This document shows, piece after piece, positions 17,878-27,543 of a stretch of DNA of 64,000 nt. The DNA comes from a virus, in the IMG/VR virus record IMGVR_UViG_3300012936_003490, positions 1-64,000 of that record. One strand, 5' to 3'. Numbering within the stretch: the first letter of the stretch is position 1; each line of letters opens with the position of its first letter. The notes beneath the pieces are model-generated. The model saw only the letters and a program-made list of their open reading frames with translations, did not search any database and was not told where the DNA came from. Position numbers and translations under genes: made by a program.

Positions 17878-19017
17878 TTAAGTCTCAATTATATCTACAA
17901 TACAATTGTCTAATATCTTGTAATTTTGATTTCTTTGCTTATCATAAAGTTTGGTCTTTCTTGCAAACTCTTTAAGCAAAAAACTATCTTTATATTCTTG
18001 TTTACATTTAGTAAGGTATTGTAATATTTGCTTATTGCTGTTTTTTTCAATTGCTATATTAATAATGTCATCTGGTAAATTTTTTACATTCAATTCACTT
18101 TTTGCATATGGTTTTATATAGCAATCAATATGTAATTCTTTATCATATCCTATGCTTTTCAAGTACTTTTCAATATTGGGTATATCAAATATGTTGTAAA
18201 TATTAAGCAACGTAGAAATATTTAAAGTAAAACTAGGACTAGTATGTTTCATTAAATTACGTAAATTAATGTCCAAGTCTTTCCATTTGCCAGGATATCT
18301 GATATATTCATAAACTTTATCAAATCCATCAATACTAACATTTATTGTACATTGTTCAAAACTAAGTAACTTATCTATAACATTTTGATTAATTTGCAAT
18401 CCATTAGTAGTAATTTTCATACCAAGTCTTTTGTTATAATTATTTTCAATACACCAGTCTAACAATTTTATAAAATGTTTTTGATAAAAAGGTTCACCTC
18501 CAGTTGTCTTAAATTCTTTAAGTCCCTTTTTTATAAGTTCTTTACAATATTCTAATTTTTCATCTTCTTTATATTTTTGATTTTTAGTTGGAACATTGTG
18601 TATACGATCTTGTTGCGGAATATTTTTTAGTAAAGAATTTATTAAACTGCTACTTAAAGGACTGCACATTCTACATGCAAGGTTGCATGTATTATTAAAT
18701 TTTACATCAGCTGTTAAAACTGTCGTAGGTTCTAAATTATAGTTGACGTCAGTATATTTTTTAACAAACTTCTGCCTACTACTTTCTATACCTACATCTT
18801 CTTGCCGATAACAAACTTCGCAGACTTTTGGTCTTTTGTTGTCACGCATATATTGACGAGTAAGAATATGATCTTTAGAAAAAATTCCGTTTTTTATATC
18901 GTTGCCAGACCAATTACCTATATCACTTCTAAGATCAGTTCTACAACAAGGTACAACTTTAGAACTAACTTTTACACAAAAATGATTCCACAACAACGGA
19001 CATGCTGTTTCCATCAC
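17878..19017 (-). CDS. radical SAM protein with N-terminal twitch-like Cys domain
   Basis: CNLACRMC, GGEPF; N-terminal C-P-x-W...PCC...CxxC. Confidence 0.9.
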   Translation of the reverse strand: MMETACPLLWNHFCVKVSSKVVPCCRTDLRSDIGNWSGNDIKNGIFSKDHILTRQYMRDNKRPKVCEVCYRQEDVGIESSRQKFVKKYTDVNYNLEPTTVLTADVKFNNTCNLACRMCSPLSSSLINSLLKNIPQQDRIHNVPTKNQKYKEDEKLEYCKELIKKGLKEFKTTGGEPFYQKHFIKLLDWCIENNYNKRLGMKITTNGLQINQNVIDKLLSFEQCTINVSIDGFDKVYEYIRYPGKWKDLDINLRNLMKHTSPSFTLNISTLLNIYNIFDIPNIEKYLKSIGYDKELHIDCYIKPYAKSELNVKNLPDDIINIAIEKNSNKQILQYLTKCKQEYKDSFLLKEFARKTKLYDKQRNQNYKILDNCIVDIIET

Positions 19018-20126
19018 ATTTTCCTTTTTGGAATTTTGCTATCTGCTGAACTTACACAACTTTGCGTGATACACATTTTTGGCTCTTTAAATAGATTAAA
19101 GCCTGTTTCGATGTTACCAAGGGGTGCATCATGACAAGAATAACTCCTTTTTACCGAACCGTCAGGCTCCCGTATTATTATTCCGCTAAAACCGGCGTTA
19201 CATGCCCATCCTTCAAATTTATTGAAATTAAAGGCGTTAAAGCGTTCTGCTTGGTCCATATACCATTTGTTACCTTTGGAGTCTTGCATTTCTACTTGCA
19301 TGTGCCAAGGAACACTGGCATCATTTGTACCATTTATTCCTTTAGGTATTTCAAATGTTGGTTTAGGGCGACCCTCCCATTTTCTTTTAAATTCTGTGTA
19401 TGCTCTTTGTGGCATACCGTTCCAGAGTCGTTCAAGTTGATCCTTAGTGTATCCATCAACCACCCTTGACGCAGTCGGATCCGATTGAGGCTTGAGTGTG
19501 ACATTAATTCCTTGTTCGTGGAAGAAGAGAGCGTTTTCCCAATCTCTTTCAAACCATTCAGGAACCATAACTTGATTGATTGTAATTTGTACATCGTATT
19601 CTTGACACAGGATTAATTTGTCTGCAAACTCCTGCATCCTCTCCTTTGTGTTTACATGTTCTGTGTGCAGACTTGCTGTAATACTTGCTCTATGGAACGG
19701 CTTTGCATACTCTACATAAGTTTCAAACCACTTCATTGGACGACTACAGTTGCTCGTCATGTGTATACTTGTATAGTTTGTATTTGCTACATCATCTGCT
19801 AGATGTTTTAGTATGTCCAAGTATCCAGGATGGAAAGTAGGTTCTCCTCCTGACAAGGAGAAGTGGAAAGAATTGAAGCCGTTGAGTCTAGCTTGACGTT
19901 TGATTTCATCCACTGTAAGCAAGCAGAGCTCGGTAGGACGGTGGTCTTTACGATCGCTTCTTGCGTAAGGCCAGCAGTAGGAGCATCTGTAGTTACAGAA
20001 TCTTCCGAGTAACCAGGATACAGTAAATAGATCGCGATAAAGCAGAGTACGTTGACCAACAGAGACAATGTCATCAAAAGGGATCTTAGTAAAGTCATAA
20101 TTACTCCATTTTAAATCTTCACTCAT
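19014..20126 (-). CDS. radical SAM protein (W..G..CNYxCxYC subfamily, C-terminal Cys cluster)
   Basis: CNYRCSYC, SGGEPT; C-terminal CNAG...SC...C...C. Confidence 0.9.
   Translation of the reverse strand: MSEDLKWSNYDFTKIPFDDIVSVGQRTLLYRDLFTVSWLLGRFCNYRCSYCWPYARSDRKDHRPTELCLLTVDEIKRQARLNGFNSFHFSLSGGEPTFHPGYLDILKHLADDVANTNYTSIHMTSNCSRPMKWFETYVEYAKPFHRASITASLHTEHVNTKERMQEFADKLILCQEYDVQITINQVMVPEWFERDWENALFFHEQGINVTLKPQSDPTASRVVDGYTKDQLERLWNGMPQRAYTEFKRKWEGRPKPTFEIPKGINGTNDASVPWHMQVEMQDSKGNKWYMDQAERFNAFNFNKFEGWACNAGFSGIIIREPDGSVKRSYSCHDAPLGNIETGFNLFKEPKMCITQSCVSSADSKIPKRKM
19808..20098 (-). CDS. overprinted +1-frame membrane-anchored protein (96 aa) nested in a radical SAM gene
   Basis: GGAG-5 nt-ATG; N-terminal hydrophobic helix LLMTLSLLVNVLCFIAIYLLY; host codons here are conspicuously C/G-ending. 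Confidence 0.6.
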   Translation of the reverse strand: MTLLRSLLMTLSLLVNVLCFIAIYLLYPGYSEDSVTTDAPTAGLTQEAIVKTTVLPSSACLQWMKSNVKLDSTASILSTSPCQEENLLSILDTWTY

Positions 20127-20131
20127 GAATT

Positions 20132-20160
20132 ATTGTAGCACCTTTACATAAACTTGTCAA
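20132..20160 (-). promoter_or_regulatory. sigma70-type promoter TTGACA-17-TACAAT with extended -10 (TGn)
   Basis: TTGACA at 20160-20155, 17-nt spacer, TACAAT at 20137-20132. The ATG at 20126 falls at the expected transcription start, implying a leaderless mRNA. Confidence 0.75.
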
Positions 20161-21102
20161 CTATAGTTTATCTTTAATAAATGTATCTCTTTTATTTTGT
20201 TTACATACTTTTTCGCAACGTGGAATTCTATTATCAGATGTCCAACTATTTTGTATGTCTGTCCAAACTTTTCCATTTAGTGCTTGTTCTACACTTACAT
20301 TTTTTAGATTTATGTCAAACATGTAATCATTATCAATTAAAATTTCTTCAAACCTGTCTTTTGTTTTTCCGCTTACTGGATATTCTAACATTTTTGCATT
20401 AAGATGACAACAGGGTATAACATTGCCCATGTGATTGACAAATATACGTTTTTGATTTGCATATTTACAACTTATGCAAGTAGATTCTTCTACTTCTATT
20501 TTTTTATGTTTTACACCGCCGGTATCTTTTCTATGGCTAATTATAGTTTTGAATGCTTTAAATCCTTCATCTTTGGCCATTTGCCTTGCTATTTCAAGTT
20601 GGTGTTCGTTATGCTCAAAACTTATAAACTGCCAATTTGCTTTGCCGCCGGCGGCAATAAATGCTCTAAAGTTTTGCTGTACTTTTTTGAATTTAGAACC
20701 TTCTCTATATACTTCAGATAATTCGTCGCTTCCGTCTATGCCCCAAGTAACTCTATGACTCTTAGGCAATATTCCTGCAAGTTCAGTCCACCATTTTGTA
20801 GTACGCAAACTACCATTTGTTGCAACATTTATATGTACGTCCCAATCAGCAAAGTGTTTCACAATATCAAAAAATTGAGGATGACTACAAGGTTCGTCAA
20901 CACTACCGCAAAAATTTATAATTTTCATATTAGGAAACATCTGCTTTTGAAACTTTTCTTTAATAGTTTCTATATCAAGATATGTTTTATTTAATATTTG
21001 ATCGGCATATTTAGATTCAACACGAAAACATCCTTTGCATTTTATATTGCAAAAACTTGTAAGTTCTATGTCGATCCATTCTAAGGTATCAGCTGTCCAC
21101 AT
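20161..21102 (-). CDS. radical SAM protein with C-terminal SPASM/twitch-like domain
   Basis: CNIKCKGC, NFCGSVDEP; C-terminal C...PCC...CxxxC. Confidence 0.9.
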   Translation of the reverse strand: MWTADTLEWIDIELTSFCNIKCKGCFRVESKYADQILNKTYLDIETIKEKFQKQMFPNMKIINFCGSVDEPCSHPQFFDIVKHFADWDVHINVATNGSLRTTKWWTELAGILPKSHRVTWGIDGSDELSEVYREGSKFKKVQQNFRAFIAAGGKANWQFISFEHNEHQLEIARQMAKDEGFKAFKTIISHRKDTGGVKHKKIEVEESTCISCKYANQKRIFVNHMGNVIPCCHLNAKMLEYPVSGKTKDRFEEILIDNDYMFDINLKNVSVEQALNGKVWTDIQNSWTSDNRIPRCEKVCKQNKRDTFIKDKL

Positions 21103-22501
21103 CTTTAAAAATATCTCTCATTTCCGGAAATGTATCTGCAAATTTTATTCCTCTTTGTTTGTCGCAAAGTTCTAAAAATTCTTTCATTTCAGGCAAACGT
21201 ACACTCCAATCTTCGCTGTCCATAAAACTTAGAATACCTTCTAGTCGTTTTATACCATATTCTGCTGTTCGCCATTTGTTGTAATCAACTTTACCTTTGT
21301 GCCATGTTGGAACACCTAACTGCCGATTCTTTTCCCACCACGGATACCATGACTCATATTTTTTATGACATTCTTCTTTGAACCATTTAGGTAAAACTTT
21401 TACATTTAAATGGCCTGGCCAATATACAAAGTGTTGACTAATACCACCTGCACCAAACGGCCACATGTTAACTTTACGAAAACCTTGTTCTAGTTTCCAT
21501 TGTATTAGGTCTGGAAGATAATAAACGTTAAGAGCTTGAACAGCGCAAGCAATGGTTATTTCTACATTGTTTGTTGTTTCTTTATCCAGTCTATGAAATG
21601 TGTTTACTTGATTAGCCCATTCGCTAGGATAACGTATATAACTGTTCATTTCTTTGATGCTGTCAATGCTGTAGTGAAATCTTACCAATTTAAAATGACT
21701 CCAAAGTTCAAATAAATCTTCACGCCATTCTACACCATTTGAATTGTAGCGTAGTTCTAGATCTTTCGCATATCCCATCTTAATAGCATGTTCGAGTATT
21801 TCGTAGTGTTCTTCAATAATAAGACTTTCACCGCCAGCAAAATAAATTTGTTGCATACTTGGCATCTGCTCATAAAACTGTTTCCAAAATGTTGGATTTT
21901 GTTTATGCCAATTGTAACTACTACCGTTAGTGCTACCTTTGTCTTTCCATTGCATAATCTCTTTTAGTGATTCATTTTTTACAGCAGGAAAAATTGCTTT
22001 GTAATCTTTGATCCAACCAGAGCTGTCATGCGGACTACACATAACACATGCTAATTGACACTTAGTTCCAAAACGTAAATCAATGTATGCTAGATTAGGA
22101 GGAACGCTTCCGTCCGGATTTGTTTCTTCTAATATCTTGTTAATATCAACACGCTTACTCCAATATCTAGTTTCCCATTGTCTTTTACTTTTATGGCCAG
22201 CCGCTTCTTCTTTGTAACACTTTAAACAACTTGGTGGTTGTTCGCCATTAAGCATTTGCAGACGAACATTCTTCATATATGTGCTATTCCATGCTGTTTC
22301 AAAATCACTTACATTTAAATTGTTGGGTTTGCCGTCATCAGTTTTCAGAATACCTACTTGGCCGCCATGTTCTTTATCATTTGTAGGACCAACACTACTA
22401 GCATTTGCTGTACAGCATACACGCATACTGCCGTCTGGTCTTGTGCTAAGATGTACCCAGGGTAATAAGCAAAAAGTGTCTGAGGGATATTTATCGTTCA
22501 T
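21089..22501 (-). CDS. radical SAM protein with N-terminal twitch-like domain
   Basis: CLLPW...VCC...CLKC, CQLACVMC and AGGES. Confidence 0.9.
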   Translation of the reverse strand: MNDKYPSDTFCLLPWVHLSTRPDGSMRVCCTANASSVGPTNDKEHGGQVGILKTDDGKPNNLNVSDFETAWNSTYMKNVRLQMLNGEQPPSCLKCYKEEAAGHKSKRQWETRYWSKRVDINKILEETNPDGSVPPNLAYIDLRFGTKCQLACVMCSPHDSSGWIKDYKAIFPAVKNESLKEIMQWKDKGSTNGSSYNWHKQNPTFWKQFYEQMPSMQQIYFAGGESLIIEEHYEILEHAIKMGYAKDLELRYNSNGVEWREDLFELWSHFKLVRFHYSIDSIKEMNSYIRYPSEWANQVNTFHRLDKETTNNVEITIACAVQALNVYYLPDLIQWKLEQGFRKVNMWPFGAGGISQHFVYWPGHLNVKVLPKWFKEECHKKYESWYPWWEKNRQLGVPTWHKGKVDYNKWRTAEYGIKRLEGILSFMDSEDWSVRLPEMKEFLELCDKQRGIKFADTFPEMRDIFKDVDS

Positions 22502-22515
22502 ATTGTACTTATTTC

Positions 22516-23745
22516 TTAAGATATGCTCTCTAATTGTTTATTGACTTGCATTAATTTTTCATCACGACTTCTTGTTTCCGATCCGCAATGCTTGCCACAT
22601 CTTACTATTCGAGGAAATTTTTTATCAAAAGTTGTGTTGTCAAAACTTTTGTTTAGATCATTCGTAAAAAACCTATGATCCATAATTGCAGATAAAGTAT
22701 GGAACTTTACATTATTCCAATCATCTGCATACTGATTCTCATAGTGAGACAAACGTTCATAATCACGTCTATCGCTTATCCAATCGTATTCTTTTGATTC
22801 ATGAGGTTGAATAGGATAATGATAAAATGTGCTAAAATAACAACACTGCCAAACTCTGCCTGTATAGTCTATACTTATTTGACGTTTGTTAAACCATTCG
22901 CACTCGATCTCAGTGCTGTTAATATTTTCTTTTACTGAACGTTTATACCAAGGTTTATTAGGATATTCGCTTCCTATTTGTTTATCTTCTGGTATTACTA
23001 GTTCTGCATACTGAGAAATTGTTTTGATATCTTCTTTGTTTATATTTTTCTTTTTTTGACTCAAATTATCTATTTTTATTTTATTTGTGTTATGGCGCAA
23101 TCTAGATCTTCTAATTTTAAATTTATGAAATCCTAGCTGTTTAGCCATTGCTTTTGCTTTTTCTATTTGATGTTCGTTATGCTCAAAGGCAATGAAACTC
23201 CATACACATCTGACGCCACTTGCTATACATGTTTTAGCATTTTCTATAACTTTATCAAAATTAACTCCTCGTCTATACAGTTGGTGTGTATCATCGTCTA
23301 CACCATCTAGAGCAAAAACAATTACACTAGTTTTATCATATTTTTGTTTAATAATTTTGCACAGAGACGTCCACCATTTTTCGTCATGTAATCCTCCGTT
23401 TGTTTCACACATAAAACGTAATTTTTCTGTAAGTTTATTTTTTAATCTATATTGAGAAAACTTGTTTACATTATCAGCAATTTTATCTACTATTGTATGA
23501 CAATCAGGATGAAGTATAAAATCTCCGTATGTTCCTGTAAAGTTTATGTAACGTGCATTTTGTGATACAGTTGTATCAAAGATATTGTCTATAAACATTT
23601 TATCTAACAAACCTGCTGATCCAACTTCTATAAAAGGATTAATTTCATCTGTTCCCTGCACAAATCTTTGGCAGTCTAAACATCTGCTGTTACAATTGCT
23701 TGTAATTTCTAGATGTATTCCTTGGTCGTGCATATCAAATTGCAT
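22516..23745 (-). CDS. radical SAM protein with C-terminal SPASM/twitch-like domain
   Basis: CNSRCLDC; C-terminal C...QCC...CGKHC. Probable start is ATG 23745 (track start 23763). Confidence 0.9.
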   Translation of the reverse strand: MQFDMHDQGIHLEITSNCNSRCLDCQRFVQGTDEINPFIEVGSAGLLDKMFIDNIFDTTVSQNARYINFTGTYGDFILHPDCHTIVDKIADNVNKFSQYRLKNKLTEKLRFMCETNGGLHDEKWWTSLCKIIKQKYDKTSVIVFALDGVDDDTHQLYRRGVNFDKVIENAKTCIASGVRCVWSFIAFEHNEHQIEKAKAMAKQLGFHKFKIRRSRLRHNTNKIKIDNLSQKKKNINKEDIKTISQYAELVIPEDKQIGSEYPNKPWYKRSVKENINSTEIECEWFNKRQISIDYTGRVWQCCYFSTFYHYPIQPHESKEYDWISDRRDYERLSHYENQYADDWNNVKFHTLSAIMDHRFFTNDLNKSFDNTTFDKKFPRIVRCGKHCGSETRSRDEKLMQVNKQLESIS

Positions 23746-24940
23746 ACTCAACACCAGTAACATGATTAGACATTAAAGATTTAAAAGTTTGTGCATCACT
23801 GCTTTTTGTTGCACACAGGCCGCATCTACAAATCATATTAGGACAAATTATAGGTTCTAATGTTCCTGATGCAAGTTGCTTTTCTACACTGTCTGTAAAT
23901 TTTTTGTAATCTGTAATAGATCCAACTGCTCCTCTTTGTTTTCCAATTTTAGCTTGACATGTTTGATGATGAAAAATTTGATCAGTTTGACTTTCAAGAT
24001 GTAAGAAAAACCAATTCACTCCACAATACCAATCTAAAAATCGTGTATCTGAAACATATCTTTGTTGTTCTGTTGTGCCGCATTTCAAACCGCAACTAAG
24101 TTGATGGTTACTACAACAATGTCTACCTTCTATAGTATATGTTTTAGTTTTATCTGCCTGTAATTTTTTAAATGTTTCTCCTACATCTTTTTTCATTTTA
24201 CGATGAAGTTTGACCTCTTTGTTAACATTTTCAACTTTTTTAGTTGTGGTTGTAGCAATTTTTGTTTTACTGCTTTTACTGTTCTTATTTTGCCAGTAGT
24301 TTTTTATCCAACTACTCTGCTCATAACTGTAGGGTAAACCGTTTATTACCCTCGGCATATACTTGACATCATGTTCTTCCATTACATCTATAAAATCTAA
24401 ACACTCTTTCCAATAATTATCATATGGATGCATCATTAAATTAACTTTAAAACTTTTTAATTCTTGCTTTAATAGAAGAGTATTTTCTCTCACTTTTTGT
24501 TTGATTTTTTCTTTGCTATCACAGTGGTAACTTAATGTTATACCTCTAAAATTTTTTGCAAGTAGCGGAATATGTTTTTGTGCAAAACTACCGTTAGTTG
24601 TAAGTATAGTGTACACATCATAATCAAAGTCTTGAAAACTTTCTTTGAGATAAGAACTAAAGTCAACAAAACAAGGATTTGCTGTTGGCTCTCCACCTGT
24701 AAGACTTAAACTTGCTGTCTTTTCTGTTCTATATGGCATGATAATTTTTAAGTAATCTTTAACTAAGTCCACACCCTTAACTAGTTCGTTAAAACTAGGA
24801 AAAGGACTTACAAGGTCGTGTCTATCATCTCCGCAGTAAGCACAATCAAAATTACACCGTTTTCCTGTATCCCAAGTGATAATAAACTGATTTGTTTTTA
24901 CAGGATCAATGCTGTTATATGTTCCGTTTTCTCTATCCAT
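23735..24940 (-). CDS. radical SAM protein (W..G..CNFxCxYC subfamily)
   Basis: CNFDCAYC, TGGEPT; Cys-rich C-terminus (CPNMICRCGLC). Confidence 0.9.
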   Translation of the reverse strand: MDRENGTYNSIDPVKTNQFIITWDTGKRCNFDCAYCGDDRHDLVSPFPSFNELVKGVDLVKDYLKIIMPYRTEKTASLSLTGGEPTANPCFVDFSSYLKESFQDFDYDVYTILTTNGSFAQKHIPLLAKNFRGITLSYHCDSKEKIKQKVRENTLLLKQELKSFKVNLMMHPYDNYWKECLDFIDVMEEHDVKYMPRVINGLPYSYEQSSWIKNYWQNKNSKSSKTKIATTTTKKVENVNKEVKLHRKMKKDVGETFKKLQADKTKTYTIEGRHCCSNHQLSCGLKCGTTEQQRYVSDTRFLDWYCGVNWFFLHLESQTDQIFHHQTCQAKIGKQRGAVGSITDYKKFTDSVEKQLASGTLEPIICPNMICRCGLCATKSSDAQTFKSLMSNHVTGVEYAI

Positions 24941-26177
24941 CTAAATATTTCCGATATCTCTTGTTTAATTTATTCAAGTCTGTATTACGTAGTTTGTCTT
25001 GAAGTTTTGTATAACTTTTAAAATATTCAAATTCACCTGTGCGTAACTTTCTGTTTTTATCAAAACTTAAAATATTTTCAATCTCTTTGAGTACAAAAGG
25101 ACTAGATGATAGAGTTTTTTTGACATACTTTCTATCTTTGTCTGTCAAAAACGCTGTAGACAGCCAGGATTGTTCTACCTGTGCATATAAAACTTTAATT
25201 CCTCCACATGATCTAAACCAGGCATCAAACTCTGCAATTTTTTTGACATTTAAAATATTATACATTTGCATTACAAAACTTGTTTGTATTTTAACATTTT
25301 CAAAACGTTCAGCTAAATGCAGAAACTTTTCAATGTTATTTTTTACAATATTCCAGTTGCCGTTAGATCTTACATATTCATAATCTTTTTCTGTACCATC
25401 TAAACTTATCATAATAATGCATTTTTTAAATTTAGATACAATTTTATCAAAATCTTTAGGATAAATCGTTCCATTGGTTGTAAAAACTAGTTCGCACTCT
25501 TGTACATTTACACTATTAGAAAATTTATCTATAGCCAACCAAGATTCATCATGTAATAAAGGTTCTCCTCCTAATAACTTCATACGTTTAACATTTTCAA
25601 AAGGAACTTGTTCTACAAAATTATTTGTGTCTTTGTTTTTTTTGTAAAGATGTTGATTAGCATCTTTGACTATTCTATCGCTTATTTTATCAGGATCGGC
25701 ATCAATATATTCATTTTGATGTTTAACCATTTCTTTTGCAATTTGAGAACTGCTTCCAGGTTTACACATTCTACATTGTAAGTTACATAGATTACTTGCT
25801 CTAATATCAAGACCTAAAGGTGCATTAAATTCATTTCCTGTTTCAACTGATAGTTTAAGGCCTTTTCCTTTTGTTAACCGTCTGGCCATATGATAATAAA
25901 TGCGTCTTGCATTATAGCCTAATTTTTTTTCAATGTTTAAACAACTCTTACAAAACTCTGGAACTACACCATCAAGCATTTGTTGCCGCACATTTTTCAT
26001 ATAATCACTTGTCCAATAATCTTTATAATCTTTAAAAGTAAGATCTATTGTTTCTTTTGTATTGCGAGTCTCGCAACAGGGACGTAGTAAGGATTTTTTT
26101 GCATCTCCTTTATAAAATAAATGCATAAAAGGAGCGTAGCACAGGGGCTCAGACTGTTGGTTTTGGTTTTCCATCAA
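24933..26177 (-). CDS. radical SAM protein with N-terminal twitch-like domain
   Basis: CYAPF...PCC...CKSC, CNLQCRMC and LGGEPL; AGGAG SD lies inside the upstream gene. Confidence 0.9.
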   Translation of the reverse strand: MMENQNQQSEPLCYAPFMHLFYKGDAKKSLLRPCCETRNTKETIDLTFKDYKDYWTSDYMKNVRQQMLDGVVPEFCKSCLNIEKKLGYNARRIYYHMARRLTKGKGLKLSVETGNEFNAPLGLDIRASNLCNLQCRMCKPGSSSQIAKEMVKHQNEYIDADPDKISDRIVKDANQHLYKKNKDTNNFVEQVPFENVKRMKLLGGEPLLHDESWLAIDKFSNSVNVQECELVFTTNGTIYPKDFDKIVSKFKKCIIMISLDGTEKDYEYVRSNGNWNIVKNNIEKFLHLAERFENVKIQTSFVMQMYNILNVKKIAEFDAWFRSCGGIKVLYAQVEQSWLSTAFLTDKDRKYVKKTLSSSPFVLKEIENILSFDKNRKLRTGEFEYFKSYTKLQDKLRNTDLNKLNKRYRKYLDG

Positions 26178-27543
26178 AGTGGGCTCCTGGTCTAGATCCT
26201 TCAGTTACATTTGTTGGATCATATCTGTCAAAATATCTTTGTAGCATTGGTTCAATAGTAAGCGTATCAGTTCCTCTGATTTTATTCAACGCTAATTCTG
26301 CCCTCACAAAATCATTTGTATATCTTACTTTGCGCTCATGTGTTTGTGTTTTATCAAGTTCACTGTGTAGCAAATCAAACCATTGTTGTTCGTCCTTGTT
26401 CATATCAAACTCAACAATACACTCTTGAACTTGCTGTCTAATATAATCCTTGTGGTCATCGTCTAACCAACTTACACTTAGGTACCAAGGATCAACTATA
26501 GGATTAAATGTTACACCATTATGCTTGTTTGAATACTTACGTGATCCTTTAAGGAACCATTCAACATTACGCTTTACTTGGAATGCACTTACAGGCTGGA
26601 ATACATGCATAATACCTGCCCACTTTAGGTTAGGCAATGTAAATATTTTGTCAAATACTTTTTGTTTTTTATCCCATTTAGTACCGTCACGTAAAAATTC
26701 GTCTGTGGCTCCTACGCCATCTACACTAATGTTAAAGCTCACTTCTTTAAACTGAGCAAGTAAGTCATAAATCCTACTTGGTAAACTTGTGCAGTTTGTT
26801 ATTTGATGCAGTCTTACATTGCGAGCTTCTCCGCTGTCTACAATCTTTTTCATAATATTGTAAACACGAGGATCAATAAGTGTTTCGCCTCCACTCATTT
26901 TCAAACGAAATACTTTACTAAAGTCTAAATTACTTACCACATCAAACTTAGGATCTGAATAATCTATTTGCTGTGCTTTACGCATTGCATTCTTACTTTG
27001 TGTAACCATATCCCAATGACTCCAACCCTGTATTTCTGGGTTAGCAAGCACTTCTTGCTCAATTTGGTTACTCCAAAGGCTATTACAACTGCGACATTTC
27101 AAGTTACACAGTTTACTAGGACGTAGATCAATATCCACAGGTTTTTCAAACTCAAGTGTACCCTTTTGAATATCCCAATGTATATCTGTAAAGCCTTCTT
27201 TAAGTTCTAGCTCGTAGCGTTTTATATAATCTAATCTGTCGCTTTTATGATAGATGCCTTCACTTTCCCAACGTCCGCACCACCATTCACAAGACTCTGG
27301 CATTTTACCATCAAGAAAACTTTGACGAATTTCTTGCATTGTCTCGCCTTTCCAAAATTCTTCATGCTGATCTTTAAGACTAGATTCAGTATCCCATCGT
27401 CCAATCACATGACTCATACAACAAAGTTTATATCCTCTGTTGTTTGCATTTATGTATGTGTGCATAAACGGTGCAGGACAGAATTTTTTGTTTGGAACGA
27501 TGCTTTCTAAACGTTCTGCTTCTTTTTTATCTATTTTAGCCAT
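26149..27543 (-). CDS. radical SAM protein with N-terminal twitch-like domain
   Basis: CPAPF...LCC...CEWWC, CNLKCRSC and SGGET. Confidence 0.9.
   Translation of the reverse strand: MAKIDKKEAERLESIVPNKKFCPAPFMHTYINANNRGYKLCCMSHVIGRWDTESSLKDQHEEFWKGETMQEIRQSFLDGKMPESCEWWCGRWESEGIYHKSDRLDYIKRYELELKEGFTDIHWDIQKGTLEFEKPVDIDLRPSKLCNLKCRSCNSLWSNQIEQEVLANPEIQGWSHWDMVTQSKNAMRKAQQIDYSDPKFDVVSNLDFSKVFRLKMSGGETLIDPRVYNIMKKIVDSGEARNVRLHQITNCTSLPSRIYDLLAQFKEVSFNISVDGVGATDEFLRDGTKWDKKQKVFDKIFTLPNLKWAGIMHVFQPVSAFQVKRNVEWFLKGSRKYSNKHNGVTFNPIVDPWYLSVSWLDDDHKDYIRQQVQECIVEFDMNKDEQQWFDLLHSELDKTQTHERKVRYTNDFVRAELALNKIRGTDTLTIEPMLQRYFDRYDPTNVTEGSRPGAHFDGKPKPTV

Noticed and set aside
23322-23387. GGAGG-5 nt-ATG +1-frame ORF (MTKNGGRLCAKLLNKNMIKLV) at the position homologous to the 33480-33602 peptide
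   Set aside because: Only 21 aa and not hydrophobic. It shows that SD+ATG can arise from the host motif, so it is kept as a caveat or possible relic rather than called a gene.
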